Virus record (IMG/VR): IMGVR_UViG_3300006805_000023
DNA: 64,000 bases
Origin: a virus
Taxonomy: Duplodnaviria; Caudoviricetes
Strand: one strand, 5' to 3'
Below, piece after piece: positions 34,496-44,739 of this stretch. The notes below the pieces were generated by a model. That model saw only the letters and a program-made list of their open reading frames with translations, had not been told where the DNA came from and made no database searches. Each line of letters opens with the position of its first letter. Within the stretch, counting starts at the first letter, position 1. Position numbers and translations under genes: made by a program.

Positions 34496-35283
34496 GCATC
34501 GCCCGGAGGAGCTTGGGTCGGGTCCACCCTGATGTTGGCACCGGTATCGAAGATCTCGTTTCCGATGTCGTCATTTTCGTGGTTCACACCGAGGATGCGA
34601 GGGGCGAACAGAATGTCGTCCCACATCCAGGCCTCGACCTTGACGGTCAAAACCGCGTGCATGATCAGCTCCTCGTTTTCCGAGCGAGACACTTGGCTTT
34701 GGTCTTCCATGGCTTCGCGCCAGATCGCCGTGATGAACTTAGTGGGTCCAGGAGAATGAGCAATCGTGGCGTGGGCGAGGCGGTCGCGGAACGACATCTC
34801 CATGCGGTGTTTCATCCAGGCCAGATGGTTTTTCTTGCGCGCCCACAGGTCGATGGAGTACATGAACCACATCGGCTTCGGGTAACGAGTGAACTGCTCG
34901 TTGGTCTGGCCGTACACTCCCAGATTGCGTAGCGGGAAGCGGGTCTGACCCTCGCGCAAGTCCTCTCCGGTGTTATGGACGCTCGCCATCGGAAGCGGGA
35001 GGTTGGAATAGTCACGCGGGTTGTTGGAGCAGTTCTCCAGCACGCCCAGCTCGATCAACATCGTGCGCATGTTCGCAAAAGCGTTCTGAGGTGGGGAAGG
35101 GATGACCGGCAACGCCTTGCCGTCAACCATCAGACGCGACCTCACCCAGTCAGCCATCGCCTCGTTGTAGATGCGGTATGAGGTCCCAAGGCTGTCCATG
35201 TTGGGGGCGACCTGCAGAGACACCTTGTTGTAGTCCGTGGGAACTAAACTGGCTGAATGTAGTGGCAGGACAGTCTTGATCAT
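34492..35283 (-). CDS. Tail terminator/completion protein (T4 gp15-like)
   Basis: LPLPMAS...YPKPMWFMYSIDLWAR pattern; structural-gene context. Confidence 0.55.
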   Translation of the reverse strand: MIKTVLPLHSASLVPTDYNKVSLQVAPNMDSLGTSYRIYNEAMADWVRSRLMVDGKALPVIPSPPQNAFANMRTMLIELGVLENCSNNPRDYSNLPLPMASVHNTGEDLREGQTRFPLRNLGVYGQTNEQFTRYPKPMWFMYSIDLWARKKNHLAWMKHRMEMSFRDRLAHATIAHSPGPTKFITAIWREAMEDQSQVSRSENEELIMHAVLTVKVEAWMWDDILFAPRILGVNHENDDIGNEIFDTGANIRVDPTQAPPGDA

Positions 35284-36065
35284 ACGGCGAGTCCGGTCCC
35301 CTTGACAACCGCCTTGAGAGCGCGGCTGCGCGGTGTCTGCAGTCGGTCATAGGCGGAACCGATGTAGCTTGGGTCGTAGCCGGAGCTATTAGGGATGAGG
35401 AGCCGGACCGTGCGCGTCCCTGGAATCAACCACATGTCCTCGACCGCGAAGCCGTTGGCACCACGGTCGAGCTGGCGGTAAACGTACTCAGGAGGTGGGT
35501 CTGGGACAGCGTTGGTAGGGACGGCAATGTCGAGGCGCTCAAGCACCGTGATCGACAAGACGCTGCTCGGATCGAGTACTTTGCCACTGAGAGCGGCCAG
35601 AGCAAGATCGGTCACGGTCCGTGCTCCGGCCTGCCACGTGAAGTTGACCCAGGCGGATGCGAAGTCGAGCGGAACGCCGTCCTTGTAGTTTTGAAAGCTA
35701 GAGGACAGAGTCTCCGCCTCACTCGCAACGTTAAGCACTGCGGCGTCCACATAACGCTTCGTGGTGAGGTGGGAGGCTGCGGTCGGGTCGATCCCGGACT
35801 GTGGCTTCGTGAACCGAACCGAGCCGTTGGACAGGATGTTACGGGAGACGTCGCCAGTGCCAACTTGCTGACTGAGGGCTCCGACTACCTCGTTGACCTT
35901 GGCAGCGATCAGGTTGGTCCGGTGGGCCACGTCTCCGAAAACCCGGTTGAACAACGCTATGGTCAGTGCGTCTGATACCTCGATGTAACGAATTCTACCA
36001 CCGTTGGTCGGAGACCTGAATGGGTCCGTGTTTGGTAGCATCGGGTCTATGGTAAGCGTCTGCAT
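35280..36065 (-). CDS. Tail-fibre-associated protein
   Basis: PQSGIDPTAASHLTTKRYVD fibre motif; TACTTAT 6 nt upstream. Confidence 0.7.
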   Translation of the reverse strand: MQTLTIDPMLPNTDPFRSPTNGGRIRYIEVSDALTIALFNRVFGDVAHRTNLIAAKVNEVVGALSQQVGTGDVSRNILSNGSVRFTKPQSGIDPTAASHLTTKRYVDAAVLNVASEAETLSSSFQNYKDGVPLDFASAWVNFTWQAGARTVTDLALAALSGKVLDPSSVLSITVLERLDIAVPTNAVPDPPPEYVYRQLDRGANGFAVEDMWLIPGTRTVRLLIPNSSGYDPSYIGSAYDRLQTPRSRALKAVVKGTGLAV

Positions 36066-36080
36066 GTGTAAATAAGTAAA

Positions 36081-36620
36081 ATGGCACAGACACGACTCCT
36101 AGGGCAGCTTGGATTTGCAGACAGGCTCAACGGAGTGACTGTGCCTGGAATCCCGATTTATGGGATGGACCCTATCATCCTCAGCCGGGAGGCCAGATTC
36201 GACATGGAGTCAGGTTCTCAGGCTATCATGCCAGTGACTTGGCAGGGCAGCACCGTGCTTGAGTACCAGTTCAGGTTCGAGCTGGTAGCTGGGATCGAGG
36301 TGGCGAACCGTGATGAGCTGTTCAAGCACATGAAAACGGCGCAGGCTCTGGTGGCGCACACCATTTCACCGGGAGGTGGAGTGGCTGGCCCTGCCGCAGC
36401 GCGGCTGTTCCTTGGCAAGTTCTTGAACACTCGTGGTGTAGTCAAGTCCTGCACCGTCGAGGGGAAAGGGCCGTATGACATCAACCTGCAGCCTACGTCT
36501 TGCGTGTTCACTGGAGTGTTCGCCGTCGTTCCTGGCTATAACGCTATCCTAGCTCAGGTGGAGCAGAACCGCAACACGCTGTCCGCTAGCGCGGTCCTGG
36601 AGCGTTTCTATTCTGTCTAA
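36081..36620 (+). CDS. Putative baseplate/tube-associated protein
   Basis: WQGSTVLEYQFRFEL...LFLGKFLNTRGVVKSCTV pattern; coupled to the wedge gene. Confidence 0.6.
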   Translation: MAQTRLLGQLGFADRLNGVTVPGIPIYGMDPIILSREARFDMESGSQAIMPVTWQGSTVLEYQFRFELVAGIEVANRDELFKHMKTAQALVAHTISPGGGVAGPAAARLFLGKFLNTRGVVKSCTVEGKGPYDINLQPTSCVFTGVFAVVPGYNAILAQVEQNRNTLSASAVLERFYSV

Positions 36621-39600
36621 TGCGCACTCTCGACTATCAGATCGCCACCCTTGAAGATGGTGCGTTGTTCAACCTGCTGCCACGCACGGTGCGATCCCGC
36701 GATGGCGGAGCGGTCCGGGCCTTGGTGAGGCTGCTTGAATCTCGTCACAACGAGATGGCTGAGGTGTACCGGCAGCTGCCTCGACTGCAAGACCCGACCA
36801 AGGCCGGAGCTTTCGCCCCAGAGGATTTCCGAGAAGACCCAGTTCTGTACGCTCAGTGGAAGGAGCTGCGCGAACGGCTTAGCCCACTGAGCGCTCCGGA
36901 GCAGCTGCTGCTCGACCATCTGGCAGAACTGGTGCCGGTGTCAGTGCGAGCCCGCTCTTGGGAACAGCAGTCACTGCGAGCCCTGGCTGGTGCCTGCGGC
37001 GACACGCTTCCGCAAGGCCCGTTCTCCAATTACTGGCGTGACTTTGTGGCGTCGGCCACCCTGCGCCATCGACTGCGCGGCACCCACTCAGGCCTGTACC
37101 TGCTCGGCGCTGTGCTGGGTATTGTGGACATTAAGATCACGGAGCTGTGGACGTCGTATGACATCAAACAGCCAGAGACCCCGCAGCAGACTGGCACCTC
37201 CAGACTGGTGCTGGTCCCCGATGAGTACCCTCTGTGGGGCGAGGCGTCCTCCCTGCTTGAACGTGGCAACGAGCTTGGATCAGAGACCTCATTCCAGAGC
37301 CCGCAGGTCCCATACGGCACGCCTGGTTATAGCCCGCTGATCCAAGACGACGGCGGCTCGACGGTGACTGCTACCTTTCCGCGCCTCTCACCCTCGCCAT
37401 CGAGCCCGTACAGTTTCCGTAAGATCGTTAACCAGAACAACCCGTTCGGCAACTTCATCGGCGAGGTTCGTGGGGCGTTGGAGCCTGGAACCTACCTCTC
37501 AGACGTTGACGCGGTCGGTCGTGGAGTGATCCGCTTCCCATACCTGGCTCTGACCGGCTTTGCCACCTTCCAGCTGTCTGAGCATCTGACCAAGACAATC
37601 ACAGTGGCGATCAGTGGTACCTCGACCCAGTCGATGGCTCTGACCGGACCAACCAGCAAAGTCAGGTTCAAGTCATCCCGTTACAACGCCAGTTATGTGG
37701 TTGATCCTCTGGAAATGTCCAGGTTCTATCTGCCAGAGCTGGTGGTGCTGATTCCTGACGCCACGCCGGACGATGGCACACTGAGCCGGACCGTGCCAGC
37801 TAGGCCGGTTACTGGATCACTTGACGGTACACGCATCATCGCCCCGGCTGATCTCAAAGTCATGAGCCTTGGTGGCATGAACGAGACCGCCGGAGTGGCG
37901 CGTGCTCTGGCTCAAGGCCAGCTCCCTATGACCAGAGAGGTCAACCAGGAGTTGTTTGGGGTGTCATCCAAGGACTTGGTGCGTTACGCCCCCTACAAAC
38001 CACTGACGTCAGTGGTGCTGGCCGATGCCAACGGCCTGTGCTGGGAACTGACCGTCGATCAGTCTGGGGTCGTGCTGCTGAGCGAGTCCAACAAGGCAGC
38101 TACGACAGCCCCGGTTCAGAACGATAACGGCACGATGGTCGAGTGGGCGGTGTCGGTGGTTGGAAAGTTTGTACCACGCGCCACCCAGCTCTCACGTAAC
38201 GACGTGGTGTTCCTGAGTTCGGATTCGTTTTCGGGTTATGTTTACCTGAGTCAGGGAGGCTTGTTCTCCAGCCGTGTCCAAGGTGAGTTCATCACCGAGG
38301 TGCTGCATGGTGATGGAACCCCGAACGAACAGAACCTGCGTGCACTCTATCACAACGTGGTCGAAAACCCGCCGGAGCACCTGCGTGGTGTTATGTCAGA
38401 GGACGCCTTTGCTGTGTCGCAGGACACTGGAGTGCTGTTCCAGACCCGGCCAGAAGACTCCGTACAGGCCTCCCCGTTGCTACGCGACCGAGTCCCGTCT
38501 GGAATAGCTGCCAACCTGATTCCAGGAGACGAGGGCTTCTCAGCCGAGCGCTCGATGGGGTCGCTGACCGGTAGGACTGCCTGTAACGACATTCGCAACC
38601 GTTACGTCGGGATCGAGGCTACGCTGGTTCAGCCAGTCCCAACCGGTGACGCGACCCGGAATGACGGCCTCACTTACGATTACCCGATCGAGTTCCTGAC
38701 CTACTACGGGTTCTGGCACTGGCGTGATCGTCTGACCAACGCCCCCTACAAAAGCCACTACCTCTACGGGTCGGCGTCTCCGACTTGCGGCGGCACCCTA
38801 GTCACTGAAAGCCTTGGTGGTGATGGCCCCAACGAGGGCTCGCACATTCCGCCTCAAGGAGATTTCCCCGAAGTGTCATCCACCGGCTTCCGTGTCAGCC
38901 CCAACTCGCAGGTCACCTTGCGCGATCTGACAACTGAGTGGAGGCGCGAGTTTCATCAGTCAGCTGAAGCTCTCGCGACTGCGGCCAGCGTCGTTGATAG
39001 TGGAGGGCAGGCGAAGATATCCGCACTCGCGGAGCAGCCGGTCGGGTCGTTGTTCACAATCACCAGCCCATCCGGCAATTATACCACGTCCGGAGCGTTT
39101 CACCTCGGCGGTGGAGTCCTTGACCTCACCTTCATTGCGACAGAGGACGTCGAGCTGTACCGGAGGCGTGGCGAATTGGAGTTGTCAAGCGAACGTCAGG
39201 TGGTGCTGAACATCCGCTCAACCGACGTTATCAAGACGTCGTGGCGGATCGGGTACACCAACAGCTCCGGGCGTCACCTGCTGCGCTTCGGCCAAGTGGT
39301 TCCAGGCAACCAGTACGAGGCCACCTTCACCGTCCCTGACGGCAGCTATTCAGCATGGGCCGACAGCAGCGGCGGGCAGCACCAACTTAGCCTACGCATC
39401 GACGTGCCGACTGGCACCCTACCGACCTGGCCCGAACTGGCTGGGCAACAACTGATGGGTGGAGGCGAGCGTGATGCTATCGAGGTCACAATCGTTGATC
39501 CAGGCGAGCACTACTACGACTACGGCGACGGACGCAGCTCGTTGGACCCTTTGCTATCTGGCAAGAAGTGGTTCAGAGGTGGCGACTGGGCTGGCGGAGC

Positions 39601-40618
39601 CCCGAACCAGTTCTCCAGCAGCTCCAGCTCCTCGCGGTCGTCGGCCAGCTCTGCCTCTTCGAACTCCTCGTCCAGCTCAACGCCATCGTCTGCCTCTTCG
39701 AATTCTTCGTCCAGTTCTTCTCGTAACAGCTCCTCGTCCAGCTCCAGCCAGGAACTGTTCTTGCTGCTCGGTGGCTCGCTTCTCACTCTGGGAGACGGGG
39801 TGACGCCGCTTAGGTTGTACGCTCCCCCTGAGTCATCGTCGGCCAGTTCTGCCAGCTCGGCTAGTTCTGCCTCCTCCAACTCAAGCTCTAGCTCTAGCCC
39901 CTCGTCGAACTCCTCATCGAGCTCAAGCTCAACACCGTCGTCGGCGTCTTCAAACTCCAGCTCTAGCAGTTCCACACCATCGTCTGTCTCCTCCCAGAGC
40001 AGTGCATCCTCGAACTCCTCCAGCTCATCCTCCAGTCCGTCGTCGGCCTCCTCGAACTCCTCCAGCTCATCCTCCAGTCCGTCGTCGGCCTCCTCGAACA
40101 GCTCCTCCAGTTCTTCGAGTTCCTCGCACCATGCTACCAGCTACGGTAACACACTTGGAACAGGCAACCGCACTAGCTTTATCACCACTCAAACCAACAC
40201 AATCAATGGTGGTGATGCCAGCAGTTTGGTTGATGGCAACACAGCCTCTGGCGGGGGCTTGCTTCTGACACTCGGTTCCCCGGCCTACATTCGGTTTGAC
40301 CTTGGTAGCGCCCGTTGGATTGACCAGGTGCGCTGGATACAGTCGAGTGCTGCCTCAAGTGGTACCTGGCGCTGGGAAGGGTCAAGCGACACTATCAACT
40401 GGACCGTCCTCTCGGCCAACTTCACCCTGGGTGGCTCCACAACACAGACTCATGACCTTAACATCTGGCAGGACGCATTCAGGTACTACCGGATCATTCA
40501 GGTGAGCGGCTCGATCACGAGCACGACAATCCGTGAAGTTGAGTTCCAGATCGACGCCTCTTCCGGGATCGACTACTCCAGCTCATCCAGCTCCTCCAGC
40601 AGCTCATCTTCACCCTAA
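36620..40618 (+). CDS. Large baseplate wedge/tail protein with poly-Ser tracts and C-terminal discoidin (F5/8C)-like domain
   Basis: LFNLLP...RGTHSGLYLLG N-terminus; SLVDGN...YIRFDLG...WRWEGSSD...FRYYRI. Confidence 0.8.
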   Translation: MRTLDYQIATLEDGALFNLLPRTVRSRDGGAVRALVRLLESRHNEMAEVYRQLPRLQDPTKAGAFAPEDFREDPVLYAQWKELRERLSPLSAPEQLLLDHLAELVPVSVRARSWEQQSLRALAGACGDTLPQGPFSNYWRDFVASATLRHRLRGTHSGLYLLGAVLGIVDIKITELWTSYDIKQPETPQQTGTSRLVLVPDEYPLWGEASSLLERGNELGSETSFQSPQVPYGTPGYSPLIQDDGGSTVTATFPRLSPSPSSPYSFRKIVNQNNPFGNFIGEVRGALEPGTYLSDVDAVGRGVIRFPYLALTGFATFQLSEHLTKTITVAISGTSTQSMALTGPTSKVRFKSSRYNASYVVDPLEMSRFYLPELVVLIPDATPDDGTLSRTVPARPVTGSLDGTRIIAPADLKVMSLGGMNETAGVARALAQGQLPMTREVNQELFGVSSKDLVRYAPYKPLTSVVLADANGLCWELTVDQSGVVLLSESNKAATTAPVQNDNGTMVEWAVSVVGKFVPRATQLSRNDVVFLSSDSFSGYVYLSQGGLFSSRVQGEFITEVLHGDGTPNEQNLRALYHNVVENPPEHLRGVMSEDAFAVSQDTGVLFQTRPEDSVQASPLLRDRVPSGIAANLIPGDEGFSAERSMGSLTGRTACNDIRNRYVGIEATLVQPVPTGDATRNDGLTYDYPIEFLTYYGFWHWRDRLTNAPYKSHYLYGSASPTCGGTLVTESLGGDGPNEGSHIPPQGDFPEVSSTGFRVSPNSQVTLRDLTTEWRREFHQSAEALATAASVVDSGGQAKISALAEQPVGSLFTITSPSGNYTTSGAFHLGGGVLDLTFIATEDVELYRRRGELELSSERQVVLNIRSTDVIKTSWRIGYTNSSGRHLLRFGQVVPGNQYEATFTVPDGSYSAWADSSGGQHQLSLRIDVPTGTLPTWPELAGQQLMGGGERDAIEVTIVDPGEHYYDYGDGRSSLDPLLSGKKWFRGGDWAGGAPNQFSSSSSSSRSSASSASSNSSSSSTPSSASSNSSSSSSRNSSSSSSSQELFLLLGGSLLTLGDGVTPLRLYAPPESSSASSASSASSASSNSSSSSSPSSNSSSSSSSTPSSASSNSSSSSSTPSSVSSQSSASSNSSSSSSSPSSASSNSSSSSSSPSSASSNSSSSSSSSSHHATSYGNTLGTGNRTSFITTQTNTINGGDASSLVDGNTASGGGLLLTLGSPAYIRFDLGSARWIDQVRWIQSSAASSGTWRWEGSSDTINWTVLSANFTLGGSTTQTHDLNIWQDAFRYYRIIQVSGSITSTTIREVEFQIDASSGIDYSSSSSSSSSSSSP
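39614..40612 (+). repeat. Three poly-Ser tracts (about 39614-39748, 39833-40126, 40577-40612)
   Basis: Directly visible in the translation. Confidence 0.9.
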
Positions 40619-40627
40619 GTATTTCAC

Positions 40628-41587
40628 ATGGACTGGCCAGACATCCCCGTAGCTTCAATCGCAGACATCCTAAGCACCTCCACGTTTCTGGTGTGCGACC
40701 AGCCCAACCTAGCTGGGCAAGGGCCAGCTGCTTTCAAGGTCGTCGATCGCGAGCTGCTACGCCGCATCTGCGGAGTTGCCGATATCCAGGTCTTTTCGAC
40801 GGCGGGCTCAACCTCCACATGGACCAAGCCCGCCCTGGCTTCCATGGTGGACGTTTTAGTCGTTGGCGGAGGTGGTGGTGGCGGCGGTGGTCGCAGAGGC
40901 GCGGCGACCACAGTACGCGGCGGTGGCGGTGGTGGTGCCCCTGCAGCGATCAAAAGGCTGCGCATTGAAGCCTCCCAGCTCGACCCTACTGTGTCGGTGT
41001 ATGTGGGAAACGGTGGTGGTGGCGGGGCAAAGGCTACAACGAACGACGCCAACGGCTCAAACGGCGGAGCTGGTGAAAGTTCTTCGTTTGGAAGCATCAT
41101 CGCGGTCGGCGGCTCGGTCGGCGGGGGAGGAAGCGCCAGCCCAGGCGCAGCTGGTTCTCTCAAAAACAACTCAATCTCGATCTACAACGGCATCGCAGGA
41201 GCCACGGGGGCTGGAGGTCTCGGTGGCGTCACTGCTGGTACGAAACCGAGTGCTCTCGCTTATCACGCACCAACCGGAGGCGGAGGTGGTGGGGGTATCA
41301 ACGGTTCTGGCACGGTAGGCACAGGAGCAGACAGCGGTGACATGGGGTCGTCTGGTGACGTTCTATTGGCCGGAGCAACGCCAGCGGGTAGCAACGGCGG
41401 CAACAGCATCTACCGCTTCGGGGTCGGCGGGGCTGGCGGTAGTGCCAGTGCTACAGCTGACGCTCAGGACGGCGGCACCGGCGGTAGAGGTGCTGGCGGT
41501 GGCGGTGGCGGTGGTTCTCTAAACGGCTTCAACAGTGGCGCTGGTGGTGCCGGTGGTGCCGGTCTCGTGATCGTCATCACTACATAA
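40628..41587 (+). CDS. Glycine-rich tail-fibre-like protein
   Basis: FSTAGSTSTWTKP...VLVVGGGGGGGGG...VYVGNGG...GLVIVIT; TAAGTAT 5 nt upstream. Confidence 0.85.
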   Translation: MDWPDIPVASIADILSTSTFLVCDQPNLAGQGPAAFKVVDRELLRRICGVADIQVFSTAGSTSTWTKPALASMVDVLVVGGGGGGGGGRRGAATTVRGGGGGGAPAAIKRLRIEASQLDPTVSVYVGNGGGGGAKATTNDANGSNGGAGESSSFGSIIAVGGSVGGGGSASPGAAGSLKNNSISIYNGIAGATGAGGLGGVTAGTKPSALAYHAPTGGGGGGGINGSGTVGTGADSGDMGSSGDVLLAGATPAGSNGGNSIYRFGVGGAGGSASATADAQDGGTGGRGAGGGGGGGSLNGFNSGAGGAGGAGLVIVITT

Positions 41588-41637
41588 GGGCGAACCCCGG
41601 TCTTGACATCAGGCCCGTTCTGGTGTTTTTTGGATCA

Positions 41638-42741
41638 ATGCTGCTTGGCCCTCGCTTGCTGGACTCCCTCCAGCGACAATTCGAATGCGTCTGGACGGAC
41701 TCAAACGGACAAGTTAACGTAACTTGTCCTTTCTGTCAACTGAGAGGGATGGCCACACCCGATCTAAGCGGTCATTTAGGTCTCAACTTTGAGCTGGATG
41801 CGGCACATTGTGTCAGGTGTGACTGGGGCAGGAGAGGGCTGCGCGCCTGGCTCGGCAAGGGGTTTGGGATCTCAGGAATCGCGGCCACCATGCAAGAAAC
41901 CAGGTCCACACTGGACGGCTTGCGCAAACGCCTCAACCCACGCAAAGCCGTCTATCAGCTGGCACCGGCCAAACTCCCATCTGACTGCTTCTTCTTCGAG
42001 GATTGGCACTTCGATGAAAACTTTCCTCACATCCGGTCGCTGTTCGACAAAGGGATCACGAAAGAGGAGATTCTGAGGCACCGCCTAGGGTTTCAGGCCG
42101 AGGGGCGTTACGCGGATTACGTGATCTTCCCGTTTTTCGAGGACGACGAGGTAGTGTACTGGCAGGGACGCAGCCATCGCGACAACGCTGAGCTTAAGAA
42201 GGTCAACCCACCACCGTCTGAAGCCCCGCTCGGCAAGTCTCACTGGCTCTACGGGTTCGAGCAGGCCCAAAAGGGCTGCTGCGTCGCTATCGTGGAAGGG
42301 ACTCTGGACTCCATCACAACCACCAGCTGGCTGATCGGCCTGAAGGGGGAGGGCAATGCAGCTCTGGGCTTGAACGGTACCGCGATGAGCTTCCCGGATG
42401 GTGAGACTCACCCGCTCAACACTCACTTCGGCAGGCTGTGCAGTTTGGAGCCATCCGAGGTCTTAATCTTGCTGGACCGCGACGCCATCAAGAAGGGCGA
42501 GGAACTGGCCTTGCTGCTCGCCAGTGCTGGGCTCCCAGCCAGAGCCGTCCCCCTACACTCAGCCAAGGACCCCAACGACGCTGGCTCCGACAAACTCACA
42601 GCAGCCTATTCGGGAGACGCACTCGACCGGCTGCGCCAACGGGTCGATCAGGACACCGCGATAGTGGTACAGGCCCCCAAACCAACCAAGAACAGTAGCC
42701 TTGACCAACTGCGCGAGCGCGCACTTAGTTTACCCGTATGA
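41638..42741 (+). CDS. DNA primase (DnaG-like, Zn finger plus Toprim)
   Basis: CPFC...HCVRC; IFPF...YWQGR; IVEGTLD; LLDRD. Confidence 0.88.
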   Translation: MLLGPRLLDSLQRQFECVWTDSNGQVNVTCPFCQLRGMATPDLSGHLGLNFELDAAHCVRCDWGRRGLRAWLGKGFGISGIAATMQETRSTLDGLRKRLNPRKAVYQLAPAKLPSDCFFFEDWHFDENFPHIRSLFDKGITKEEILRHRLGFQAEGRYADYVIFPFFEDDEVVYWQGRSHRDNAELKKVNPPPSEAPLGKSHWLYGFEQAQKGCCVAIVEGTLDSITTTSWLIGLKGEGNAALGLNGTAMSFPDGETHPLNTHFGRLCSLEPSEVLILLDRDAIKKGEELALLLASAGLPARAVPLHSAKDPNDAGSDKLTAAYSGDALDRLRQRVDQDTAIVVQAPKPTKNSSLDQLRERALSLPV

Positions 42742-43322
42742 TCACCTACGAAGAAGCACTATCAAACGGCATGGAAGTGGTAAACATCTGCGCCACCAAA
42801 TTCTGGACCTCAAACCGCGAGTCCTACCTCAAGTTCGGGTTTGACCAGGAGGACATGGTCGGGTATCTGAACGTGCACATCTTGGTGCGTCGTTACCTGC
42901 AGTATGCGGAAGACCGCCCCGACTTCTACGCAACGATCGAAAACTACCGGGCTTCCCTTTATGTCGCTTGCTGGAAGGCCTGCCTGGCACACTTCCGCCA
43001 GCTCAACGCCAAGAAGCGTGAAGCCGCATTCCGTCCGGGTGCTATGGTGTACTTGGACCAGCCCATCGGGGACGACAGCTCCGACACCCCGACGGTCGAG
43101 AACAACTTGCTGTTCTCCGTAAACGAAAGCATGGACGACTACGTCAAGCGCACAGCTGACACCCTGTTCGATCAACATGGGTGCCTTACCAGCCGCGTGT
43201 TCATCTTGATGACGTCCAAGGGGACAACGCTGCGTTACCTGCAGCACCTCGTGCCGGAGCCCCGTGATCGCCTCCAAGCGATCATGAGCACCATAAAAGA
43301 ACATCTCAGGAACTCCCGCTAA
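42738..43322 (+). CDS. Sigma70-family-like factor
   Basis: GFDQEDM (region 2), HFRQLNAKKR, VYLDQPIGDD (region 3-like). Confidence 0.6.
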   Translation: MITYEEALSNGMEVVNICATKFWTSNRESYLKFGFDQEDMVGYLNVHILVRRYLQYAEDRPDFYATIENYRASLYVACWKACLAHFRQLNAKKREAAFRPGAMVYLDQPIGDDSSDTPTVENNLLFSVNESMDDYVKRTADTLFDQHGCLTSRVFILMTSKGTTLRYLQHLVPEPRDRLQAIMSTIKEHLRNSR

Positions 43323-43348
43323 CCAACGCCAACAAAGACCACGCCCTT

Positions 43349-43954
43349 ATGGACCCAGACCGAATCCGCAGTATCGTCGCACGCGCAAAAGCCAGAGGGC
43401 TCATTAGTCAAGCACCGGAAAGAGTGCCGACGCCGTTACCGGAATCGAGGATGTCGTTTGAAGAGCCTGTCGAGGAGTTGCCTGAACCGGGAGACAAAGA
43501 GCGCAACCGCAGACTCAAGAAGCACGTCAAGACTGGGCTCGATATGGACTTCGAGGTGCTGGCGGCCTTCATGAGCCTTGAGATCAATGCGGAGGTGTCC
43601 CCGCTACGGCTGAACACCATCCTCACAAAGCGGATCTCAGAAATGAAGTCGGATGGGTCCTTCCGGAAGGTGCCAAAGGTGGTTCTTGAAATGCTGGAGT
43701 CACTGCGCGTCCCGAACTTCGCTCCGGTGCGTGAACCTGAGTACACTGTCTCATCTCGCGGCGGCCTGTTGGTGGTGTCTGGAGACGGAGTCGAGTCAAC
43801 CCTGCGCAGCAAGTCAATCCAGGGTCTGTTGCGTCATTGCGAGTGGCAGATCAACGGCAACGACCTGATCCTGTCGGGAGGATTCGTTGACGCGTTCGGT
43901 CAGGAAGCCGTCAAACGCATCTGGCAGAATTGCCAGGCAGCCTCCCTATGCTGA
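43349..43954 (+). CDS. Hypothetical protein (201 aa)
   Basis: Long ORF in the operon. Confidence 0.75.
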   Translation: MDPDRIRSIVARAKARGLISQAPERVPTPLPESRMSFEEPVEELPEPGDKERNRRLKKHVKTGLDMDFEVLAAFMSLEINAEVSPLRLNTILTKRISEMKSDGSFRKVPKVVLEMLESLRVPNFAPVREPEYTVSSRGGLLVVSGDGVESTLRSKSIQGLLRHCEWQINGNDLILSGGFVDAFGQEAVKRIWQNCQAASLC

Positions 43955-44322
43955 AGGCTCTCAAAGCCGTTATCAATGAGGTACGCAAGAACGACCAGCG
44001 GTCACTGGCGCTGGAGCTTGCCATGGAAAGCTGCGGCCAGCTTGGTCAGCTGGTTCGCACCATCGGCGTAGGGCCAACGCTATTGTTGGTCAAAGCGTTC
44101 GCCGGTAAGTCCCTGAAGATCCCAGACCTTGAGCAGTTCAGCTCTACTCTGGAGGCCGCAGCAGCTGCGGTGGAGGGGGACGGAGTTCCCCCGGTGATGA
44201 TGCGCAAGCGTTACTCGAAGGAGGTGGTCGCACGGGCCTCGCAGTTACGCACCCAGCTCAAAGAGGTGGAGCTTGCCAGAATAGCGCTGGTGCAAAAGAT
44301 GGATGCGCGAGATACAGACTGA
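43948..44322 (+). CDS. Mor/C-like transcription activator
   Basis: IGVGPTLLLVKAFAGKSLKIP resembles the Mor family IGxxxxxxLxxxFGGxxIYIP. Confidence 0.55.
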   Translation: MLKALKAVINEVRKNDQRSLALELAMESCGQLGQLVRTIGVGPTLLLVKAFAGKSLKIPDLEQFSSTLEAAAAAVEGDGVPPVMMRKRYSKEVVARASQLRTQLKEVELARIALVQKMDARDTD

Positions 44323-44385
44323 CACGCTCTCGTTAGACGTCCCCCGTATCAAGTTCGGTCTATTCTCTAGGTGTAGGGGAACACG

Positions 44386-44733
44386 ATGCAGGCCTTCGCT
44401 AACAGCTCCAATCCGTTTGCCGACTTCATGCTGAGTCTTTTCAGCCGGGACGTTCTTCTGATGGACGCGGTGTCACAAATCGCCTGGGTGGACGGGAAAG
44501 ACGACTCAAAGGGTTACCTGCTGGTGCGGGTGCTCCCACGGTCCGAAGAATCGTTCGAAGACATCAGGGAACTGCTAGTGCAGGGCCTTGAAGACGCCCA
44601 GGAAGACGCCCCGTTTCCCTTCAGATGTAGCGGCCAGGCAGTCCAAGACTCGACCGGAAGGCGTAACATGCTGGTCAAGCTCTGGCAGAAAGTCAGCTCG
44701 CCAAAACGCCCACAACCCACCTCTAATCGCTAA
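44386..44733 (+). CDS. Hypothetical protein (115 aa)
   Basis: ORF; TAGGTGT 11 nt upstream. Confidence 0.7.
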   Translation: MQAFANSSNPFADFMLSLFSRDVLLMDAVSQIAWVDGKDDSKGYLLVRVLPRSEESFEDIRELLVQGLEDAQEDAPFPFRCSGQAVQDSTGRRNMLVKLWQKVSSPKRPQPTSNR

Positions 44734-44739
44734 CTCACC

